A stretch of 64,000 bases of DNA from Callorhinchus milii (lineage: Eukaryota), in NCBI RefSeq assembly GCF_018977255.1, contig NW_024704752.1, forward strand, positions 620,001 to 684,000, in the 5' to 3' direction. Shown in pieces: positions 25,801-37,717 of the stretch. Position 1 is the first letter of the stretch, and every line of letters begins with the position of its first letter. A program made the translations under genes and the position numbers. The notes under the pieces were generated by a model. That model was not told the DNA's origin. It made no database searches and worked only from the letters and a program-made list of their open reading frames with translations.

Positions 25801-27860
25801 TACATTTGATCATATTCTTTGATATTGTTGTACAGATTCTCCATTACCTACAGTCAGTAAATTTTACATCTAAATCCGGTGACAGAATTTATTTTGATGA
25901 AAACGGTGACCCCGTGGCCAAATATGACTTGATAAACTGGCAAAAGAATTTGAAAGGCGTTGCTGAAACTCGTGTAATTGGCTTCTACGATGGTTCCGCA
26001 TCTCCAAGCCGGGAGCTTACGGTGAATGAGGAGGCTATCGTGTGGAGCAATGGTCAAACTGAGGTGTTTATCTGTCTGCTTTAGAAAATAAACAATTACC
26101 ATGAAGGAGAATGTCAAACAATTCTGAAGTAGGAACCCAATTGTTAGTCGATTGGTGGATCACTCTTCGGGGAGTAAAAATTCCTTCAAAAAATATAATA
26201 AATTTACTATTTGTTCACTCCATCCACGACTGTTTGTGGGACGCTGCTGCGCGCAATTGGCTGCTGCATTTTGCCCAGAAAACATGCAGTCAATTCACTT
26301 TACAGCATATTCTGTGAAGAGCTTTGAGACATCTCAAAGGCATGATAAGGCACTATATCAATGCAAGGATTATACTTTTATGATTATAAAACATTAAAGC
26401 AAATTGTATTGATATCGTGCCCTTCACATACCATAGCGACTTTGAGTGTTTACAGTGGAGGCACTGAGGTGGGGGAATGAGGGAGGGGGGAGGTTACTGT
26501 CGGTGAGGAAGGTTCTGACATTCAACTTGAAGACCAACAAAGGGGGTGAGATTGAGGTGTGCATGGAGGCAGTTTCAGAGTTCAGGTGTAGAATTAAACA
26601 GCTTTGAGACAATACATCTTTATAATCAGTTCATTTGTGTTGTTTTGAAAATATGCATTGACTAAAGCCATTACTGATTGATTCATCTGCATCATTTTAT
26701 TTGACAAGTTTTATTTTTATTCTGAGATCCCACGTGCGGTTTGCAGTGAGAGCTGTATTCCTGGAACAAGAAAAGTTGCCAGAAAAGGCCAACCCGTGTG
26801 TTGCTTTGACTGTACAGAATGTGCTGAGGGAGAAATCAGCAACATCACAGGTGAGTGTAAAATTCCTCTTCCTATTTAACGCTTCTCTTTCAAAAACTCC
26901 CTTTAGTAATATTCATGCCATACTTACTGAATTATCGTACCTTTCCCAGATTCCACAGACTGCATTAAATGCCCTGAACAATATTGGCCCAATCAGCAGA
27001 GAGATCGTTGCCTACCAAAGGAAATAGAGTTCCTCTCCTTTACCGAAATGCTGGGAGGTGTATTGCTGACATTGGCTCTGGTGGGAGTGAGCACCACAAT
27101 AAGTATTGCCATTGTCTTCTTCACACACAGAGACACTCCTATTGTTAAAGCCAACAATTCTGAGCTCAGCTATCTGCTTCTCTTTGCATTAACGCTGTGT
27201 TTTCTGTGCTCAGTGACTTTCATTGGCGAGCCCTCAGTCTGGGCTTGCATGTTGTGCCACACAGCATTCGCTATCGCTTTCGTTCTCTGTATTTCCTGTA
27301 TTTTGATTAAAACAATCCTTGTGATTCTGGCGTTTAAGGCAACTCTTCCAAACAACAACATGGCCAAATTGTTCGGGCCTGCTCAGCAGCGTTGGAGTGT
27401 ATTCCTCCTTACCTCTGTTCAGTGCCTGATATGTACTCTCTGGTTAACTATATCACACCCATTTCCCATGAGAAACACAGAATATTACAGAGAGATTATC
27501 ATTCTGGAATGTGACCTGGGCTCTGTGAGCGCCTTTTATTCTATGGCGGGATATATTGCTTTCCTGGCCGGAGTGAGCTTTGTGCTGGCGTTTCTAGCTC
27601 GGAAATTACCTGATAACTTTAATGAGGCTCAGTGTATAACCTTTAGCATGCTCATCTTTTGTGCTGTTTGGATCACTTTTATACCAGTTTACATCAGCTC
27701 TCCTGGGAAATACACCGTTGCTGTCGAAGTCTTTGCTATTTTAGCCTCGAGTTTTGGGTTATTGTTTTGTATTTTTGTTCCTAAATGTTACATTATTTTG
27801 ATAAAACCTGAAATGAATACCAAAAAACACTTGATGGGCAAAGTACCTGTAAATAAATAA
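22894..27860 (+). CDS. G3: V2R/OlfC-family class C GPCR, 6 exons, 863 aa
   Basis: Exons 22894-23099 (alternative in-frame ATG 22864), 24168-24459, 24807-25637, 25836-26063, 26727-26850, 26950-27860; sum 2592 nt; C-terminus GKVPVNK. Confidence 0.95.
26128..26375 (+). mobile_element. Headless SINE shared in intron 4 of G3/G4/G5/G6
   Basis: Same position in the paralogs: 33648-33890, 41598-41805, 54037-54270. Confidence 0.85.
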
Positions 27861-29514
27861 TCACTGCCCATTACAGGTGTACTTTGAGAGGAACAATAAT
27901 GTTCACACTTTTTACGCCTTCATTAAAAGCAAAAATAAAATAACCACATAAACTGTGTCATATATCATGTGTTATATGTTTAATGGGATTTATATGATGA
28001 TTTGTGCTTAGTAGCATTTTCACATAATCTAGTAATGGCAGGCTAATATATTATGCTTAATGCTGCTTTTGAGCTAAAAGTAATACAATACTTTCATTGT
28101 AATCTTGGGTTATTGCTGTAGAGGGCGGCCAATTTGGTGTCAGCCTGCCACAGATGTCATCAAGATGTTAAACCAAGGTCCAGTATACCCGTTCAAGAAG
28201 TTGTTAAAGATCCAATTACACCATTCGAATAGTACCTCTCGTATCATGGCAACAATCCCTCATATAAAATCGATAACTCACTTCATGTCTGTCTGTGAAA
28301 TATTGTTTGGTGCAATTGGCTGCCGTGTTTCCCTACATATAGATAGCCTTCAGACCTCACAATTAATTCATGTGTTCTGTTCTGAGAGCTCTCGACGACA
28401 TGATAAGGCACCATGCTGATATGTTCACTTATGGACAAAACTGTAATTGTCGAATTGTTATGAATGTTTTGCTGTTTTGGTTGACTATTCTCAGGCCAAC
28501 CATTTTTGCAGTGATTTCAACACAATATCAATGTTGATATATTTGTGGCTGACTGGAATACTCTTATCCATTCAAAGGAGAAATTGATATTTTCTTCACA
28601 TGATTCTTATTTTCGTGAATTTGAGATAAAAGCTTGCACATATTTAAAGATGTGGCAGCTCATTCTCTTCGTTTTCATATTAAATTCACTTTAAGGATAA
28701 TTGGACGATTTAAGAAATTGACAATCGCTTCCTTAGAACAGAATCTGGGTTTGCTCTGAACTCCAGCGATGCTGTACATGAAATGTTACAAGGGTAATGC
28801 TAATCCGAATATTAATAAATGTATTAAATGTAAAAGGTTACCAGTGGAGAATTAGATGCCTCACGTAATTACCTGTTCTATGGCTACCAGGTATATAGAG
28901 ATAAAGGATTACAGAAAAATTCTAAGACTCCACTTATTGTTCCTCCTAATTATCCTTCTGAGTGCAGTCATAATACACTTTTGATGAGAACATAAGTATT
29001 GCTATACGTAAGAGGATCCAGGCTCATCCAACTCACCTTCCACCATCCTGGCAGTTACAAGCACATGTCACGTCCCAAACTACATACTGTATATACATTT
29101 GAACAGCGTTATTCAGTTTTGATTTGATGTTCTGTATGTGGATTTGAAAGTTTGTGCAACGTGACCTAATAATCCAAGTGATCCTTGCATTTGATATCGC
29201 CCCTTTCACTTCAGGAGGACGGTCAACTTTCTTCACACCATTTTGCTATACAGTGCAGCTACTTGTATTTTGTAGTGAATGTCTCGTGTCTGGGAGTGCT
29301 TTGCGGAAATATAACGTTATAGGATTGCGCATTCCACTAATCCTTGTGTGAAATATCCTGACCTTTGAATATTTCACATTTTTATGATACTAATGCATAA
29401 GGCATAGAGAGACTTAATTCACATTAATTAGTTGGTTGCTTATGTCACGTATTTTATTTAACAAGAGTATTGCTTATCATAACGGTCTATGGTGCTGTTA
29501 GTTGGTGCCAAACA

Positions 29515-29745
29515 AGACGATAGCCACACATTAGGGACTTCACCGTATTAAAGGCAGAAGTGTGCAGGTGGAATATGTTCGGAAGCCCCAATCATGGCTA
29601 CAGGAGCTGAGGGATTAGTTACTGTTTCCATACTCAGGTCCGTTATTGCCCCTGGGATTCCCACAATGTATTTACACTTTTATTTGGGATCAGAAAGGGA
29701 GCTAATCCCACAAGTGGTTACTGTTTGATACACTATATATACAAA
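29515..29745 (+). promoter_or_regulatory. Conserved proximal promoter block of G3/G4/G6/G8
   Basis: gatagccaca..ttagggat..attaaaggcaga..caggtggaatat..ttgcccctggga..cacaagtgg..ctatatatac recurs at about 22580-22820, 49895-50125, 60900-61130; contains E-box, TAATCC, O/E(EBF)-like and TATA-like motifs. Confidence 0.5.
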
Positions 29746-29824
29746 CAGATGCAGCGACACATACAATATACAGCACAGTTTCATGATGACAAGGGATCAG
29801 CAGCGGTTACCGAGAAGCTCTGTG

Positions 29825-32800
29825 ATGTTCAGCCCATATGTGTGGCTGCTCATTGCTTGTTGTGTTTGGGGATCCCAGGGAAAGCATTGCAGGCTCCAAG
29901 GCAAGTTCAATCTATCGGAAATATCCAAAGATGGCGATATCGTTCTAGGAGGTATCTTTCATATACACGTTGACCGTTTTGAACAAATGAATACGTTTGT
30001 TACTGCTCCAGAAGAAACAAAATGCAAAAGGTGAGCTCAGTAATGTTAGGGACCATCGTATGATCAGAATTTAATAATAATAATGAGCCTTGCATTTGAT
30101 ACAGCGCCTTATCACATCTTCGAGACGTCTCAAAGCGGTTCACAAAATATACTGTAAAGTGAATTCACTGCATATTGTGTGGGTGAAACGCGGCATCACA
30201 GCAGCACGTGACTGGCAACAGTCATGGATTGAAGTGACCAATTTATTCTCATTATCTTTTTTGAAGGTTTTATTATTCCCGGAAAGCGATCCACCAATCG
30301 AACAACAACTCAGTTCCTACTTACTGCCAGGTAAACAGAGGCCTGTGGAGTAAGGAAACTTGCCCAAGGTTTCGCCCTGCCCAGGAATCGAACCCAGGTC
30401 TCTCACTTGCAAGGCAAGTGCTCTAACCACTGAGCTACAAGATTCCTGTTTCAGGATTCACAGTATTAATACTAGTAATAATAATCCTTGCATTTGATAT
30501 TGCACTTTTCACATCTTCGAGACGTCTCAAAGCGCTTCACCGCATATGCTGTAAAGTGAATTGAACATATATTTGTGGGCAAAACACGTCAGCTAATTGC
30601 ACACAGCACCGTTCCACAAACAGTAATGGATTGAAGTGACCAATTTATTATTGCTTTTTTTCTTGAGGGTTTATTAATAGGCGTGTGAATTAAGGAAACT
30701 TTTGCAAGGTTTGGCCCTGCCGGGAATCAAACTCAGGACTCTCGCTTTTGAGGTGAGTGCTCTAACCACTGAGCTACAGGACTGTAAGTGCAGTTGACAA
30801 AACCTACCAGGTCTATTTTAATGAAAATTGTATATTTATTAAAATGGAACCCCATTCCTGTGTGAATGATTTATCATTAAAGACTATTGAGAATTGTTCA
30901 ACAATTATACACAACATTTGTTGCCTAGAAATGTTTCACATTTATTTTAACTGCTATCCAAAATAAGATTTAGGAAATAATTATATGGATGGTTTTCCGT
31001 TTCCTGTTATAGTAAAAATACACTGACCTCACAGGTTTATTATTGTGTTATCCACTAAAACAACAACAGCTTGCATTACCGAGAAGCTCCGTGATGGACA
31101 GCCTATATGTGGGACTGCTCATTGCTTATTGTTTGTGGGGATCATAGGGTAGTGTCTTGAAGCACTTATTAATGGCTTAGTGGGACCCTTTGCTGGGAGA
31201 TAAGCTGTTAATTCTAGACTCTATCTGCTTGCTCAGGTGGACATGAAAGATTTCCTGGTTGTTTTAGAAAAGAGAATTGAGATTCTCCCCATGTTCTCGC
31301 CAGTATTGATTGGCTTCAGGGCTGCCTCAAATGTCCTGATCATCTGTAACCGTAATCGCTGCACATCTCCTAACTTTGTAAACAAATGATTTCAAATGTT
31401 CTTTATGTCACATGGGCTATGTCAAATGCCGGGCTGATTATTATTGCTATTATTGAATGCATTTGGCCCAATGGAAAGTAACATTAGTTACATTTAAAAC
31501 AGCGTCTTTCACCTCGAGAGTACGACTCAAAGTGCTTCACAGGATTTACTGAAAAGTGTAGTGATTCTATTCAAAAAGCACCTTATTGAAGCTGACATAC
31601 AATATACAGGACTCTGATATACCTGCAACATTAATGGTGGATTTCTCATGCAGTTTGGATTTTAGAGCCTTCCGTCTGGTCAATACGATGATGTTTGCAA
31701 TAGAGGAAATAAACCAGAACCCGGCACTGCTTCCTGATATTACTCTGGGATATAAGATTTATGATGACTGCAGTGTTTCCAATATTGCCACAAAAGTAGC
31801 ACTGAGCCTTGTGAACGGTCAAGGAGCAACAGAGGATGACCATAATAACTGTGAAGGGCCTCCTAATGTCCCAGCTCTTGTTGGTGGTGATGGATCCTCA
31901 GCGTCCATAGCTGTTGCAAGGTCAATTGGTCCATTCGGAATCCCAATGGTACGTTATCACGATAATATTGGTACAAAATCAGTTACCCTCCTAAAAGAAA
32001 ATAAATATTGAACATTTACCCAAATATTTCAACCTAAACGCAATACGAATATTGTGGATTAAATATATAAGTGAAGTATTCACGTCTTTTTTTTCAATTG
32101 TAGGAACAAATGGTAATTGTCTTATTATTCTTAATTGCTTATACATTGTTGGGTCTCCACCCCTCCGCACACCCCAAAATAATTCTTATTTAAGGAAGCC
32201 TTAGTGGATGATTAACTACAATGGAATTATTGAGATTGGAAACAATTATATTTATCAAACGAATGTAAAACAAAATGTTTTTATTCAAATGCTGACTGTT
32301 TTCTGTCTATATCTCTAATCAACTGCAGGTCAGTTATTTCTCGACCTGCGTCTGTCTCAGTGACAGAAATGAATTTCCCACATTTTACAGAACCATACCC
32401 AGTGACTACCATCAGTCCAAGGCTTTAGCTCAAATCATTAAGAAGTTTGGATGGACGTGGATTGGGACTATCAGAAGCAACAATGACTATGGTAACTTTG
32501 GAATGCAGGCATTTGTAGACATTGCGCAGGAACTTGGCATTTGCATTGCCTTCTCGGAATCATTTTATAGAACAGATCCACTTGAAAAGATAAGAAACAT
32601 TGTAAATATAATTAAGTTATCGACCACAAAAGTTGTGGTGGCTTTTGCTGTCCGTTCCGAAATGAAGTTCTTATTCAAAGAAGTAATACGACAAAACTTC
32701 ACTGGAATACAGTGGGTGGGAACTGAAGCCTGGATAACAGCCCAACTTATTGCCCCAAATGAAAGTGCGAGATTTCTTATTGGAGCAATTGGCCCAGCGA

Positions 32801-35800
32801 TTCCTTCAGCAGAAGTAAAGGGATTGCAGGAATTCCTTCTGAAAATTCATCCGTCTAAGTTTCCCGGAAATAGTTTAGTTCAGGAGTTTTGGGAAACTGC
32901 GTTCCAATGTAGTTTCTGGTCAGGAAACACAAGCCAAACAAACACAACATCCACATTGCAGCAATGCACCGGCAAAGAAGATGTAACAGAAATACACAAT
33001 GGATATTCTGATGTAACTATGGATGGAATTTCCTACAACGTATACAAAGCGGTGTACGCTTTAGCTCATGCACTTCACAATCTGCTTTTGTGTGAGACAG
33101 GAAAAGGACCATTTATGAACAACACCTGTGCACACACATCAAATTTTCAGCCATGGCAGGTAAGGAAACATTCGTACATAAAACATATCTGTATTGGTAA
33201 CCAATGCTTTGTGTAATTTTTGAATTATGTCAACCTACTGACGATTGTTAAGTTACTAACCATCTCATATAATAAACATTATCGTTCATGTAATGTGACG
33301 TTATGATTCCTCAATGCTGCCTTACATTTGATCATATTCTTTGATATTGTTGTACAGATTCTCCATTACCTACAGTCAGTAAATTTTACATCAAAATCCG
33401 GTGACAGAATTTATTTTGATGAAAACGGTGACCCCGTGGCCAAGTATGACCTGATAAACTGGCAAAAGAATTTGAAAGGCGTTGCTGAAACTCGTGTAAT
33501 TGGCTTCTACGATGGTTCCGCACCTCCAAGCCGGGAGCTTACGGTGAATGAGGAGGCTATCGTGTGGAGCAATGGTCAAACTGAGGTGTTTATCTGTCTG
33601 CTTTAGAAAATAAACAATTACCATGAAGGAGAATGTCAAACAGTTCTTAAGTAGGAACCCAATTGTTAGTCGACTGGTGGATCACTCTTCAGGGGGTAAA
33701 AATTCCTTCAAAAATATAATAATTTGGTCACTCCATGCACGACTGTTTGTGGGACGCTGCTGCGCGCAATTGGCTGCTACATTTTGCCCAGAAAACATGC
33801 AGTCAATTCACTTTACAGTATATTCTGTGAAGAGCTTTGAGACATCTCAAAGGCATGATAAGGCACTGTATCAAATGTAAGGATTATTAGTTTATGATTA
33901 TAAAACATTAAAGCAAATTATATTGATATCGTGCCCTTCACATACCATAGCGACTTTGAGTGTTTACAGTGGTGGCACTGAGTTGGGGGAATGAGGGAGG
34001 GGGGAGGTTACTGTCGCTGAGATTCAACTTGAATACCAAGCAATAGAATGCGTTTAAGATAATGGAGGGAGAGTTTCAAAGTTCAGGTGTAGAATTAAAC
34101 AGCTTTGGAACAATACTTATTTCCAATTAGTTGATTTGTGTTGTTTTGAAAACTTGCATTGACTAAAACCATTACTGATTACTTCATCTGTGTCATTTTA
34201 TTTGACAAGTTTTATTTTTATTCTGAGATCCCACGTGCGGTTTGCAGTGAGAGCTGTATTCCTGGAACAAGAAAAGTTGCCAGAAAAGGCCAACCCGTGT
34301 GTTGCTTTGACTGCACAGAATGTGCAGAGGGAGAAATCAGCAACATCACAGGTGAGTGTGAAATTCCTCTTCCTATTTACAACAACCATTTGCCCTCCAC
34401 ACAGGGTAGCATCTCAGAGCGCTTAACTGTGGCGGAGACTGACTCTGAGCCGGGGGGAGGGCGGAGATAGCTATCAGCACTGGCGAACATGAAAGAGGGG
34501 AGAGAGGGGGTGAGGCGGAAGGATTGAGGAAGAGTGTTCCAGAGTTCAGGGGAGTAGCAGCTGAAAGCACAACATCCAATGGTGGGGCAGTGGGTGTGGG
34601 GGTTGAGCAGGAAGCTGGTGCCAGTCGATTTGGGAGTGAAGGGGTCGGAAGTGTAAGGATTTGCCAGGGAGTGAATGGATATGAACACGAGAGTGAGATC
34701 TTGACATTGATCCGTTCGGTGATGGGGAGCCAGTGGAGCCTGGGCCACAACTGGTGAGATGTGGAGATTGGTCGGGATCCGTATGCGGGCGGCAGAGTTT
34801 TGAATCAGCTGATCTTGTGAATGGTGGAGCTGGGGAGACAGGAGAAGTGTTTTGGAGCAATCCAACCTGGAAGTGACAAACACGTGCACGAGGATTTTGG
34901 CTGCATTTCGGTAAGGTACGGTCGGAAGTGGGCAATATGGCAGAGGTGGAAGCAAACGGTTTTGATCAGGGACCTGATGTTGGGCAGGATGGACATTTGG
35001 GGGTTGAACTGGATGCCGAGGTTGCGCACTGGTACAGTGAGTCTGAGTCCAGGAAGGCTGAGGAGTTGAGATCCACAGGAGAATGTCGAAAACTCCCTTT
35101 AGTAATATTCATGCCATACTTACTGAATTATCGCACCTTTCCCAGATTCCACAGACTGCATTAAATGCCCTGAACAATATTGGCCCAATCAGCAGAGAGA
35201 TCGTTGCCTACCAAAGGAAATAGAGTTCCTCTCCTTTACCGAAATGCTGGGAGGTGTATTGCTGACATTGGCTCTGGTGGGAGTGAGCACCACAATAAGT
35301 ATTGCCATTGTCTTCTTCACACACAGAGACACTCCTATTGTTAAAGCCAACAATTCTGAGCTCAGCTATCTGCTTCTCTTTGCATTAACGCTGTGTTTTC
35401 TGTGCTCAGTGACTTTCATTGGCGAGCCCTCAGTCTGGGCTTGCATGTTGTGCCACACAGCATTCGCTATCGCTTTCGTTCTCTGTATTTCCTGTATTTT
35501 GATTAAAACAATCCTTGTGATTCTGGCGTTTAAGGCAACTCTTCCAAACAACAACATGGCCAAATTGTTCGGGCCTGCTCAGCAGCGTTGGAGTGTATTC
35601 CTCCTTACCTCTGTTCAGTGCCTGATATGTACTCTCTGGTTAACTATATCACACCCATTTCCCATGAGAAACACAGAATATTACAGAGAGATTATCATTC
35701 TGGAATGTGACCTGGGCTCTGTGAGCGCCTTTTATTCTATGGCGGGATATATTGCTTTCCTGGCCGGAGTGAGCTTTGTGCTGGCGTTTCTAGCTCGGAA

Positions 35801-36050
35801 ATTACCTGATAACTTTAATGAGGCTCAATGTATAACCTTTAGCATGCTCATCTTTTGTGCTGTTTGGATCACTTTTATACCAGTTTACATCAGCTCTCCT
35901 GGGAAATACACCGTTGCTGTCGAAGTTTTTGCTATTTTAGCCTCGAGTTTTGGGTTATTGTTTTGTATTTTTGTTCCTAAATGTTACATTATTTTGATAA
36001 AACCTGAAATGAATACCAAAAAACACTTGATGGGCAAAGTGTCCAACTGA
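29825..36050 (+). CDS. G4: V2R/OlfC-family class C GPCR, 6 exons, 862 aa
   Basis: Exons 29825-30030 (alternative in-frame ATG 29783), 31654-31948, 32329-33159, 33358-33585, 34228-34351, 35146-36050; sum 2589 nt; L2 insertion in intron 5; C-terminus GKVSN. Confidence 0.94.
30073..30445 (-). mobile_element. Full-length SINE, shared by G4/G6/G8 intron 1
   Basis: Same insertion point at 50452-50832 and 61454-61835; absent in G3. Confidence 0.9.
30476..30783 (-). mobile_element. SINE (G4-specific)
   Basis: A/B boxes and tail on the minus strand; not at the paralogous site in G6. Confidence 0.88.
31076..31149 (+). pseudogene. Relic exon-1 fragment in G4 intron 1
   Basis: ttaccgagaagctccgtgatggacagcctatatgtgggactgctcattgct... 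matches the G4 exon 1 start (29807-29880). Confidence 0.8.
34379..35087 (-). mobile_element. L2 LINE 3' fragment inserted in G4 intron 5
   Basis: [12 protein letters not shown]..., [16 protein letters not shown]...[29 protein letters not shown]; the empty 99-nt intron is seen in G2/G3/G6. Confidence 0.93.
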
Positions 36051-36879
36051 AAAACTAGCTGCCTAGATATGTAAGCTGCAACATAATGTAAATGCACATT
36101 AGTTTTCATGAAATGTATCAAGAAACTAACTGCTGTACATGTAAACTGTCTAATGTTTACTCGTATTGTGTATGGTGACATGGATTATTTAAGTGTGACT
36201 TTGTATGTTTTATATACACTGCCAATAAATTATTTATGTTCAACATTTCTACCTGGTTTTATTCTTATCTGATGCAACTAGTTCATTTACAGATGTTATA
36301 CTTGTATTGCTGTAATCAAGCTTCCCTCTTCTTTATTCTCTTCCTTTCAAACCACATTCTTCTCATTTGCCGATTTCTCCAACCACTGGAAAATCCACCT
36401 CAACTCTCTCAAATCCTCCTCACATGCATTTGCCAATGCAGCCAATATGAATCGATAGATATTATAAGCAACTAATACATAAGCAATTAATACATACATA
36501 AATACATACAAAAATAAATAAATAAAGAAATAAATAACTAAGAGAAATGATAGACCACTTTCTGAATGATCCTTAAAAATTTGTGCACGTAGGTTAGGAA
36601 GGCGCACAATCCACGAATAAGCATAGTTGTTTCGGCTGTGGTGGGTGGGGGGTTGGAGAAAAAAAATGATCATTACTTCTACTTGTTCTCCAAATTAACC
36701 AAATTTGCTCTATCCAGGACCTGTGACAGAGGTCTCAAATCATTGTCACGTGTTACAAAGGGCTATTTCAGAAACAAAACTATATGGCTGTCCTATGGCC
36801 AACAACAAACTCATGGAATAAAAGCCGTTGTGGTGGAACATTCAGAGATAAAACAGTAAGCTCCAGTCTTTGCATGCAC

Positions 36880-37330
36880 CTCTCAATTCCCAGAAAGCCG
36901 CGCTTTAATACAATATAAAACACACATACGTGTATATATTGGACAATTGAATTTGTCTCACGGATAACTGCAACTTCTGATTCGACAGTAACGGTGTATT
37001 TCCCTGTTTTACTTTTTCCTGTTAGAATTACTCAGACTTGAGGCTGGATGGGGAAGCGGTGAATATAGTTGTAAACTTCAAGGTAAGGACGGAGACATCA
37101 TTCTGGGGGGACTTTTTAACTTGCACATGGACAGGGTTGAGAATGTGCATTCCTTTCCTGTCCGGCCAAAAGCAGAACAATGCAAACGGTGAGTGGATTC
37201 TCAGAGTAATTTATAATGTTCTACAAAAATCTATAGTTAAGTATGTAGTAAATGTATATGAGTGTCTGACACATGTGGAAACCCATCGACATGCCTGCGA
37301 GTATCCAAACCAAGCTGAGATTTCCATGCT
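36880..37330 (+). pseudogene. Degenerate duplicate of the G5 promoter, exon 1 and start of intron 1
   Basis: Matches about 37600-38070. Start ATGs lost; about 25 nt deleted between cttcaagg and aaggacggagac (frameshift); donor aaacg|gtgagt retained at 37188. Confidence 0.85.
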
Positions 37331-37717
37331 TTCATCATCTTTTAATGACTACAAATTAGAATTAGGCAAATAAGAATAATGTTGATTAAAGCAATTTAAC
37401 CCACATGATATGAAGGATAATTTTAAAAAGTTGCTTCCATGATTATGCAGAGGGGAAATCCCTGATGAGATACACTGAGATACTTGGCCACAATCGTTAC
37501 AGCTGACAGTTAATTTTCCAGAGGCACATAGGAAATTATATTCTACTGGGATTTTAAATAATCTCCAAATTACCTTCCACTGAATTGCATCAAAGGCGGC
37601 AATTCCCAGAAAGCCCCACTGTAGTACAATATAAAACACACATACGGCGACGTATATATTGGACAATTGAACTTGTCTGCTCGGATAACTGCAACTTCTG
37701 ATTGACGTAAATAGTAA

